This document shows, piece by piece, positions 17,031 through 24,065 of a stretch of 64,000 bases of DNA. The notes beneath the pieces were generated by a model. That model did not search any database. It had not been told where the DNA came from and saw only the letters and a program-made list of their open reading frames with translations. The stretch covers positions 2,464-66,463 of the forward strand of contig WQYD01000003.1 of NCBI GenBank assembly GCA_009781445.1, given 5' to 3'. Each line of letters starts with the position of its first letter. Position 1 is the first letter of the stretch. The stretch is from Bacillota bacterium. Lineage in GTDB: Bacteria; Bacillota; Clostridia; Christensenellales; DTU072. A program made the position numbers and the translations under genes.

Positions 17031-17205
17031 GTATGATGTGCGCCTTTGGCGCATGATGATATGATGACGCTACGCTAATGATGGGCGGGCAAGCCCGCAT
17101 GAACTGATTTAATTTAGCATTCCTTAATGTTGCGAAGCAACACATCATAAGGCGAAGCCGACATCATACCATCATAAGCGAAGCGACATCATAAGCGCAC
17201 GCGCC
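17031..17205. repeat. Family-2 element (ATGATG-word type)
   Basis: Left half has ATGATG words separated by GC-rich mini-palindromes. The conserved centre is gggcgggcaagcccgcatgaactgatttaatttagcattccttaatgttgcgaagcaaca. The right half has CATCAT words. Confidence 0.85.
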
Positions 17206-17209
17206 CAAC

Positions 17210-17626
17210 CTATTCCCCAATAACCTTTATCAGCACCCTCTTTGGCCGTTTGCCGTCATATTCGCCGTAAAAAATTTGTTCCCAAGTGCCGAAGTCAAGT
17301 GCGCCGTTTGTGATTGCGCAAACTACTTCGCGCCCCATAATTTGGCGTTTTAGGTGTGCGTCTGCGTTATCCTCATAGCCGTTGTGCTTATATTGGCTGT
17401 GGGGTTTTTCGGGCGCAAGGGTTTCAAGCCATTTTTCAAAATCACTGTGAAGCCCGCTTTCGTTATCGTTTATAAAAACGCTTGCGGTTATATTCATTGC
17501 GTTCACAAGCACAAGCCCCTCTTTAACCGTGCTGTCATTAATCGCTTTTTGAATATCGGGGGTTATGTTCACATAACCTCTGCGTGAGGGAACTATCAGC
17601 GTTAATTCCTTTCTAAAAGATTTCAT
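17210..17626 (-). CDS. YjbQ/UPF0047 family protein (secondary thiamine-phosphate synthase-like)
   Basis: 138 aa with YVNITP...[14 protein letters not shown]...WL..L.P....Y.HN...DNADAHLK, typical of UPF0047. Confidence 0.8.
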   Translation of the reverse strand: MKSFRKELTLIVPSRRGYVNITPDIQKAINDSTVKEGLVLVNAMNITASVFINDNESGLHSDFEKWLETLAPEKPHSQYKHNGYEDNADAHLKRQIMGREVVCAITNGALDFGTWEQIFYGEYDGKRPKRVLIKVIGE

Positions 17627-18963
17627 TATTCCTCCTTGGCTAATTCAGCCCTTTTATTTAAATACTTTAATATCAGCATCATTGCTATGCCTGCTACGGC
17701 GCAAGAGGATGATATTATAAATGCAGGTAACATTAGTGTAACATTTGTTGAAGCCAAATCCTTATAATATCCTGCAATAAATGAAGAAATTATCGCGCCT
17801 GCGCCAAAACCCAAAAGCACAACGCCGTAATTTGTGGCTTGGCTTTTTGCGCCGAATGTATCCGCAGTTAAGGACGGGAACACGCTTAACAGCCCCCCGT
17901 AGAAGAATCCGATTAGTGCGATAAGCGCGTAAATGAAGTATCCGTTTGCAAGGATAACGAACGGCGCAACAACGGCACTGCCCGAAAGCAATATTAAAAG
18001 TGTGTTCACACGCCCAAGTTTATCCGAAGCTATGCCCCATGTAAGCCTGCCGAGGGAATTAAATATTGATATTATCATTACCCCCACATAGGCGGTATCG
18101 CCAAGCCCTTTTGCCACAGCAATAGGTTTTGCAAACCCGATAATCATTAAACCGCCCATGCAAGCAAGCATAAATGTAAATATAATTAGGTAAAATTCGG
18201 GCTTTTTAAGCATTTCGCTTGTGGAATAGCTTTGCTTTGTGCAAGGAACTGCGGATTTCGGCACTATTTTGCTTATCAGATAATTATCAGGCGGATTTTT
18301 AAGAAAAATGCTACTAACCGAACAAACCACAAGAAAGATTCCGCTTAAAACCATAAATGCGAATGATTCGCCCACGCCCTCACCGCCGAAAGCCTTAATT
18401 AACGCTTCCACAACGGGGGTGAAGATAACCCCGCCAAAGCCGAGCGCGGAAACTATTATGCCCGTAACAAGCCCCTTTTTGTGCGGATACCATTTTTGCG
18501 CGCAAGCAATGGTGGTGGAATATGTGAAGCCCATGCCCACACCGCCCATTACGCCATAGGTAAACCATAAAAGCCAAGGCGCATTTGCGGTAACGAAAGA
18601 TGCGAGGAAAAACCCAAGGCTTAAAATCACACCGCCCAAGAGAATAACCGATCTTAGAGGGATTTTGGTGGCAAGTTTTCCGCCTATTACACTGCCGATT
18701 GTGAGTGTGGCAAGAAGAAGCGAAAAGGTTAGGCTTGCTTGCGCGCTGTTTCCGCCAAAAAGCGTAACCGCAACCCCAGTTTGAAACAAACTCCACAAAT
18801 ACGCAATCCCAAGCGTAAGCTGAATTGCAATAGCGGAAATTTCAGAAAGAAGCCCTTGCCTTGCAAGCGGTTTTTTACTGCCCTTTTCTTCTGCCACTTC
18901 CCTTTTTAAATCAAGCGCGGTGGCATTGTTGTTTGAAACTTCATGAGTGGTTTCGTTTTCCAT
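17626..18963 (-). CDS. MFS transporter, oxalate/formate antiporter (OFA)-like
   Basis: 445 aa with about 12 predicted TM segments and a composition and order like OFA/L-lactate-type MFS proteins. Confidence 0.7.
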   Translation of the reverse strand: MENETTHEVSNNNATALDLKREVAEEKGSKKPLARQGLLSEISAIAIQLTLGIAYLWSLFQTGVAVTLFGGNSAQASLTFSLLLATLTIGSVIGGKLATKIPLRSVILLGGVILSLGFFLASFVTANAPWLLWFTYGVMGGVGMGFTYSTTIACAQKWYPHKKGLVTGIIVSALGFGGVIFTPVVEALIKAFGGEGVGESFAFMVLSGIFLVVCSVSSIFLKNPPDNYLISKIVPKSAVPCTKQSYSTSEMLKKPEFYLIIFTFMLACMGGLMIIGFAKPIAVAKGLGDTAYVGVMIISIFNSLGRLTWGIASDKLGRVNTLLILLSGSAVVAPFVILANGYFIYALIALIGFFYGGLLSVFPSLTADTFGAKSQATNYGVVLLGFGAGAIISSFIAGYYKDLASTNVTLMLPAFIISSSCAVAGIAMMLILKYLNKRAELAKEE

Positions 18964-18982
18964 AACTTCTTCCTTATGCGAA

Positions 18983-19012
18983 CAAAAAACCCTACGGCGT
19001 TGTACCGTAGGG
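18983..19012 (-). terminator. Leader terminator (attenuator) upstream of the MFS gene
   Basis: On the minus strand: ccctacgg-tacaacg-ccgtaggg followed by TTTTTTG, only about 20 nt before the AAGGAAG RBS and ATG of 17626..18963. Confidence 0.55.
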
Positions 19013-19036
19013 TGAATAACTTAATTATTCGTTAGC

Positions 19037-19117
19037 CTATTCGGTACAACGCGAAACTGCCTTACTAATAATAAGGATAATCAGCGATATTCCGAACACG
19101 AAAACGATATTTAACAT
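19037..19117 (-). CDS. Candidate 26-aa hydrophobic leader peptide
   Basis: ATG at 19117 preceded by AAAGGAC encodes MLNIVFVFGISLIILIISKAVSRCTE*. Its last codons (cgttgtaccg) are complementary to part of the downstream terminator. Confidence 0.3.
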   Translation of the reverse strand: MLNIVFVFGISLIILIISKAVSRCTE

Positions 19118-19295
19118 TTTGTCCTTTTGTAATTTTCTTAATGATAGCACGGCGCAAACCTAATGTAAAGGATTATTTACTGCTTTTTTTGCGATTTTTC
19201 GCATTTAAAATTTTGTTTGAATCTTGCCGTGATTTTATTCAGAGTTTTTTAAGTTTTTTAGGTTTTACATTTGTTTTATATGGTAAAATATAATT

Positions 19296-20534
19296 ATGAA
19301 AAAGCATATTATTGAAGACGCGCAAAGATGTTTGCAGTGCAAAAATCCGCTTTGTGAAAGCGGTTGCCCTATCGGCACGCCTATTAAAGAGGCAATTCAG
19401 CTACTAATCGGAAGCAATCTTAACGAAGCAGGCAAACTTCTTTTTGAAAACAATCCGCTTTCTATCGTTTGTAGCCACATTTGCCCCCAAGAAAACCAAT
19501 GCGAAGGGCATTGCGTTCTCGGCAAAAAGGGTTCACCTGTTTTTATAAGCGCGATAGAAGGTTATATTTCTGACTATTATTTAAATATCCACAAGCCTGC
19601 CACTATCGCGGATAAAAACGCGCCGAAAGTTGCCCTAATCGGTTCTGGCCCTGCTGGGCTTGCCATTGCTTTTATGCTTTGCACGAAGTACCGCGTAACC
19701 ATTTTTGAGGGAAATGATAGGCTTGGCGGTATCCTCAGATACGGAATTCCCGAATTTCGCTTACCAAAGGACATTGTGGACAGGCTTAGCGACATTTTGA
19801 TTAAAAGCGGTGTATCCGTCCGCCCCAATACCGCCATAGGTTCAAATTTAACAATAGACGATCTTTTTAGGGACGGCTTTAAGGCAATTTTCATGGGTAC
19901 GGGGGTTTGGCGTCCGCGAAAGCTAAATATAAAGGGCGAAAGCCTCGGGCATGTTCATTTTGCCATTGAATATTTAAGAAGCCCTGACGCCTATCGCCTT
20001 GGCAAGGAAGTAAGCGTGATAGGTGCGGGCAATGTGGCAATGGATGTGGCAAGAACTGCCCTAAGGCAAGGCGCAAGAGAAGTTACAATTTTTTGCAGGG
20101 GCGGTGAGGATGCTATTGCCGCAGGCAAATCCGAAGTGCAATATGCAAAAATTGAGGGCGCGAAGATAGAGGTTTTAAAATCCCCCGTGGAAATTACAGA
20201 CGAAGGCTTAATACTTGTGGATAACGAAGTGAAAATCAATGAGGACGGCACTAAATCAATAATTCCGATTGCAGGCAGTGAAAAACTTCACCCCTCAAGT
20301 TCCGTGATAATTGCCGTAAGCCAAGGCCCGCGTTCGGTGGTAATTTCTTCCACTAAGGGAATCAATATTAAAGATAGCGGGCTTGTTGCCGTGGACGAAT
20401 TCGGACACACTTCGCGCGCAGGGGTTTTTGCAGGCGGTGATGTGGTAACAGGCGCAAAAACCGTGGTTGAAGCCGTGGTTGCGGCGCGAAAAGTGGCGAA
20501 GGCGATTGAAGAATATCTTATGCATAATGCGTAA
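19296..20534 (+). CDS. GltD/NfnB/SudA-family NAD(P)H-dependent oxidoreductase (glutamate synthase small-subunit-like)
   Basis: N-terminal Cys clusters (CLQCKNPLCESGCP; CSHICPQENQCEGHC) and two dinucleotide-binding motifs (GSGPAGL, GAGNVAMD). Confidence 0.75.
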   Translation: MKKHIIEDAQRCLQCKNPLCESGCPIGTPIKEAIQLLIGSNLNEAGKLLFENNPLSIVCSHICPQENQCEGHCVLGKKGSPVFISAIEGYISDYYLNIHKPATIADKNAPKVALIGSGPAGLAIAFMLCTKYRVTIFEGNDRLGGILRYGIPEFRLPKDIVDRLSDILIKSGVSVRPNTAIGSNLTIDDLFRDGFKAIFMGTGVWRPRKLNIKGESLGHVHFAIEYLRSPDAYRLGKEVSVIGAGNVAMDVARTALRQGAREVTIFCRGGEDAIAAGKSEVQYAKIEGAKIEVLKSPVEITDEGLILVDNEVKINEDGTKSIIPIAGSEKLHPSSSVIIAVSQGPRSVVISSTKGINIKDSGLVAVDEFGHTSRAGVFAGGDVVTGAKTVVEAVVAARKVAKAIEEYLMHNA

Positions 20535-20546
20535 ACGCATTATGCA

Positions 20547-20683
20547 ATGCACAACGCACAACGCACAGCGCACAATGAAGGATTAATTCAGAATTAAGAA
20601 TTCAGAATGCAGAATTATGGATTAATTAACTAATAATGAGATTTAGAATCTATCATTGTGCGCTGTGCGCTGTGCGCTGTGCA
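20547..20683. repeat. Family-1 heptamer-array palindromic element
   Basis: (CA[A/G]CGCA)x4 - aatgaaggattaatt - (CAGAATT-type)x4 - atggattaattaactaataatgagatttagaatc - (TGTGCGC)x3.5. Confidence 0.9.
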
Positions 20684-20706
20684 TTTTTAACGCTTTGCGT
20701 TAAAAA
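20684..20706. terminator. Bidirectional terminator-like palindrome overlapping a stop codon
   Basis: tttttaacgc-ttt-gcgttaaaaa. The right arm contains the TAA (complement) of CDS 20700..21614. Confidence 0.5.
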
Positions 20707-21614
20707 TTCACCCTCACATTCCCCGTTGTGGCTTTGGCGGTGAGGCTTTTTTCGCCGTCTATCTTGATATAGGGTTTTCCTACGCTTTGGTGATTTAAGT
20801 AGCATTTTCCTGTGTTTGCGGAAAGGTGCAATCTGTAATCTGAAAGCGTGCCGTTAACTTTAATGTCAATATCCCCTGTGGTTACCTCTACGGAAATTTT
20901 TGGTGAGGTTACACCGCTTAAAGATACCGCGCCTGTGGTGGCTTTTGCGCTAAGTTCGCTACTCGCGGTAACATTTTCACACCTTATGTACCCTGTGGTT
21001 GAATTAAGCCTTACCGCGAGGGCTTGAGAATTTGCAAGCCTTATATAACCTGTGGTGCTTTTTACATTAATTTCGTTTGCGGTTATTCCGCCTAAGTTCA
21101 CATATCCTGTGGTTACCTCAGCTTGAAACTTTGAAAATGCGCCAAGGTTGCTTCCTCTTATATCTGCGGTTTTTGCGCTTACGCTTAATTCGCCGTTAAA
21201 TCCGCTTGGCAAAAGAATCTTAACCGCAAAAAAACTTGAAGGCAATCTTGCGAAACCTATGAACCCCCATGCTTGCCATTGCTTTTTGCTTTGGGCATCG
21301 TCATGATAGATTCTAAGGCTTTCCCCCTGCTGGTTTATCTTAATATCTAATAGCCTAATGTGCTTTTCACTTTTGGGGTAAGATATTGTGATAGCTTCCA
21401 CATTCGCCCTTTCAATTACCACAGGGCTTCGGCTACCGCCTTCCATGGATATTTTGCTAATATTGCCCTCTGCCGTATATTCTTCCCTTGTAAAATCTTC
21501 CGCCACGGCGAAATTGAGGTTTTCAATATCAAACCCTATAACCGAAAAGCCTGCAAGCGCAAGCACCAAACCAAGTGCTATGCACACAACTAAAACTCCT
21601 ACTAATGCTTTCAT
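20700..21614 (-). CDS. DUF4097-family beta-repeat protein (putative adhesin-like), membrane anchored
   Basis: N-terminal TM, then repeated ..TTG.I.L.. strands (TTGYVNL, TTGYIRL, TTGAVSL, TTGDIDI, TTGNVRV). Confidence 0.7.
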   Translation of the reverse strand: MKALVGVLVVCIALGLVLALAGFSVIGFDIENLNFAVAEDFTREEYTAEGNISKISMEGGSRSPVVIERANVEAITISYPKSEKHIRLLDIKINQQGESLRIYHDDAQSKKQWQAWGFIGFARLPSSFFAVKILLPSGFNGELSVSAKTADIRGSNLGAFSKFQAEVTTGYVNLGGITANEINVKSTTGYIRLANSQALAVRLNSTTGYIRCENVTASSELSAKATTGAVSLSGVTSPKISVEVTTGDIDIKVNGTLSDYRLHLSANTGKCYLNHQSVGKPYIKIDGEKSLTAKATTGNVRVNF

Positions 21615-21663
21615 AATCTTTCTCCTTTTTAATAAAACCGTTCTTACGCCGATTCGTGCTAAT

Positions 21664-22431
21664 TTAAATTTGAGGATTGGGGCTATTAACCGCCTTGTTC
21701 TTTTTTCCGTAAAACGCTTTCGCCGATGCCACCGCGCCTTTTAAAAGATATTTAAGGAATATCTTTCCAAGTTTGTAAGAAATTATTGCAAGAATTCCAA
21801 GAACCCCTGTGGCAATAAGCAATCCCCCTGCCGTGAATAACGCCCACGGCGTTCCCTCTGTGGCAGAAAGCACCGCCCCTGGGATAACCGCAAGCAGGCA
21901 AGCAAAGGAAGAAACCGCAAGCCCAAGAATCGTACCGCCCACCGCAAACACCGCACTTATAAACAGCACAAAAAACACAATCCCCACAGGAATCAAAATC
22001 GGCGCACTAAAAAGCCTTGCAACCATTGCAATGGTACTGCCTTTTTTAGAGGGTGCAGCTTGCAGGTTGCAGGGTGCAGGGTTGGATTGGTGATTGGTGA
22101 TTGGTGGTTGGTGATTGGTGGCGGAATTATTATTATTAAATAATCCTTCATTCTGAATTCTGAATTCTGAATTCTTAATTAGTCCTTCATTGTGCGCTGT
22201 GCGCTGTGCGCTGTGCATTGAAGAAAGCCTTTCCCCCGCAAGTTCAGCTTGAATTTGACGGCTAATCATTCTTATATCGCCAAGGTTATGCACCACGCGA
22301 TATTCATTTTCGCCTGCCTCAATTTTATCGCTGATAAGTTCGTCATAATAATTTAGCACCCTGTTAAGTTCGTCTGCACTGAACCCTTTTAGGTAAGACG
22401 ATAGTACACTTAAAAATTCATGTTTGTTCAT
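21664..22431 (-). CDS. DUF1700-like membrane protein with repeat-derived linker
   Basis: N-terminus MNKHEFLSVLSSYLKGFSADE...YYDELI is DUF1700-like and the C-terminal half has TM helices. The central ~55 aa are encoded by element 22051-22217. Confidence 0.6.
   Translation of the reverse strand: MNKHEFLSVLSSYLKGFSADELNRVLNYYDELISDKIEAGENEYRVVHNLGDIRMISRQIQAELAGERLSSMHSAQRTAHNEGLIKNSEFRIQNEGLFNNNNSATNHQPPITNHQSNPAPCNLQAAPSKKGSTIAMVARLFSAPILIPVGIVFFVLFISAVFAVGGTILGLAVSSFACLLAVIPGAVLSATEGTPWALFTAGGLLIATGVLGILAIISYKLGKIFLKYLLKGAVASAKAFYGKKNKAVNSPNPQI
22051..22217. repeat. Family-1 module concatenate inside a CDS (non-palindromic)
   Basis: TGCAGGG-type array, GGTGATT array, CTGAATT array, tccttcat junctions, then a (TGTGCGC)x3 array. 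All are read through in frame on the minus strand. Confidence 0.85.
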
Positions 22432-22452
22432 TTTCGTTTCCTCTTAATTCTT

Positions 22453-22764
22453 TTATCTAAAATTCGCAATTATAAAATCGTACGCTTTAACTAACTCACG
22501 CCATTCTTCGGTGAAGTTAAAAAGTTTTTCGCGCCCTTCACGCGTTATACCGTAATACTTCCTTAGCCTGCCGTTGTGTTCCCTGCTATAGGTAATCAGC
22601 GCGCCTTGCAATTCAAGCCTTCTCAAAATCGGATATAGCGTTGATTCACTGATTTCCACCACAGGGGTTATATCTTGAATAATCCTATAGCCGTAAGAAT
22701 CCCCGCGCATTAGCGAGGCAAGCACTATCGCATTTAACAGCCCTTTCTTTAATTGAACTTCCAC
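22453..22764 (-). CDS. PadR-family transcriptional regulator
   Basis: GTG start at 22764, 6 nt after GGGAGG, giving (M)EVQLKKGLLNAIVLASL...GYRI...LYPILRRLE. The ORF-track start at 22815 would include the promoter. Confidence 0.8.
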   Translation of the reverse strand: MEVQLKKGLLNAIVLASLMRGDSYGYRIIQDITPVVEISESTLYPILRRLELQGALITYSREHNGRLRKYYGITREGREKLFNFTEEWRELVKAYDFIIANFR

Positions 22765-22786
22765 GGAATACCTCCCACTGCGGTAT

Positions 22787-22815
22787 ATTATACATTGCAT
22801 AGTATGCGGTGTCAA
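22787..22815 (-). promoter_or_regulatory. Consensus sigma-70 promoter of the padR operon
   Basis: On the minus strand: TTGACA (22815-22810), a 17-nt spacer, TATAAT (22792-22787). Confidence 0.65.
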
Positions 22816-22859
22816 GAGAATTTGTAAAAAAATTTAAAAATTTTTTGCAGGGCATTTTT

Positions 22860-23016
22860 CAGCGCACAACGCACAGCGCACAGCGCACAATGAAGGAATC
22901 ATTTATTGATGAGATTTAGATTCCACCATTCGTAAATCGTAAGTCGTAAGTCGTCATTACTCTTAATGAGATTTAGAATCCACCATTGTGCGCTGTGCGC
23001 TGTGCGTTGTGCGCTG
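22860..23016. repeat. Family-1 element with duplicated core
   Basis: (CAGCGCA)x4 - aatgaaggaatc - core 1 (gatgagatttagattccaccatt) - (CGTAAGT)x3 - core 2 (taatgagatttagaatccaccatt) - (GTGCGCT)x4. Confidence 0.9.
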
Positions 23017-23689
23017 TTTTGCGGTTTATGAAATAAACAATAAAAAAGAACCCCGCAAGCAAAGCAAACAGCCCAACATAATATATCGCGTAAAATCCGC
23101 TTATCGCACTTGAGTCAATAATGCCGTTAAAGAGGTTTCCTTCCGCAAGATCCAAAATTACATAACTGCCCTGCGGGTTTATAAGCCACCTCATAAAGAA
23201 TGCGTAGCCCACGGATATGCCCGTGAAAAGAGGGGCTTGCCTTATGTAATGCCTATCAAGTTTGTGGGTAATTAAAAGCGTAAGCCCTGATAGATATAGC
23301 AGTGCGTGATTAAAAGTTGCCATTATAAAAAGGAAAGTTCCGTCATTTTCAAAGAGGTATATTGCTGGGGTGGCAATCCCTGTAAGGAAGTAAAAGAACC
23401 CTGCCACAGGCGCGCAAAACACGGCAAAATTTATTAGCGGTTTTTTATTGGTAAGCACTGCAAGCGAAAAAACAAAATAGCTGATTGCGCTGAATTCAAT
23501 AGGCACTTTGTGGTGAAGCCCCACTATTTGCCAATAAATATATTCAGTAATTTTATATGTTAAGAAAAATATTGCTGAGGAATAAAGCAGAATTTTTGAC
23601 GCTTTTTTGTTATCTTTAAATATGCCGAACACGGCAAGATTTAAGCCTATAAAAATCAGAATTAACAGCAGAGAAAACAGATAAATCAT
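22973..23689 (-). CDS. Polytopic membrane protein (hypothetical)
   Basis: About 7 hydrophobic segments. I prefer the ATG at 23689 (MIYLFSLLL...). The C-terminal [15 protein letters not shown] and the stop lie in repeat 22860-23016. Confidence 0.45.
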   Translation of the reverse strand: MIYLFSLLLILIFIGLNLAVFGIFKDNKKASKILLYSSAIFFLTYKITEYIYWQIVGLHHKVPIEFSAISYFVFSLAVLTNKKPLINFAVFCAPVAGFFYFLTGIATPAIYLFENDGTFLFIMATFNHALLYLSGLTLLITHKLDRHYIRQAPLFTGISVGYAFFMRWLINPQGSYVILDLAEGNLFNGIIDSSAISGFYAIYYVGLFALLAGFFFIVYFINRKTAHNAQRTAHNGGF

Positions 23690-23756
23690 ATGTAATTTTA
23701 TCTTATCACAGTAAAAAAGCCTAAGCAAGCGTGTTTACAAAAAAGGATAAATTCCA

Positions 23757-23790
23757 CCAAAAAACCGCCTCAAAATTGAAGCGGTTTTTG
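23757..23790 (-). terminator. Rho-independent terminator downstream of the ferredoxin gene
   Basis: aaaaccgc / gcggtttt stem with a 12-nt loop and a T-run on the minus strand. Confidence 0.55.
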
Positions 23791-23812
23791 GATTAAAAAC
23801 TGTGTTCCGATA

Positions 23813-23986
23813 TTAGCCCGAAATTGCTTCCGTGGGGCAAGTGCCTTCACAGATGCCACAATCAATGCACTTGTCTGCAATGATTTCGTACTTGTTATCA
23901 GGTGCGGGAACTATTGCTTCTGTGGGGCAAGCGCCTTCACATTCACTGCAACCAATACACTTTTCTTTTTCAATTACATATGCCAT
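23813..23986 (-). CDS. 2x[4Fe-4S] ferredoxin (57 aa)
   Basis: Hand translation gives [57 protein letters not shown], with two CxxCxxCxxxCP motifs. It is below the ORF-track size cut-off; plus ORF 23832..24035 is its shadow. Confidence 0.8.
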   Translation of the reverse strand: MAYVIEKEKCIGCSECEGACPTEAIVPAPDNKYEIIADKCIDCGICEGTCPTEAISG

Positions 23987-24065
23987 ATTCAATCTCCTTA
24001 AATCTCATGTGTTATCTCATTATAACCTGTTTTAGTTAGCTTGGCAAGCGTTTTATGTTTAATTT

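Noticed and set aside
17031-17205. Family-2 elements as small protein-coding genes, because they contain multiple ATG words (ATGATG…).
   Set aside because: Reading frames close within a few codons (for example ATG ATG TGC GCC TTT GGC GCA TGA). There is no RBS, and the ATGATG word is replaced by GTGAAG in other copies with compensatory change on the other arm, pointing to structure rather than coding.
23832-24035. Plus-strand 67-aa ORF.
   Set aside because: It is the antisense shadow of the minus-strand 57-aa ferredoxin gene (23813..23986).
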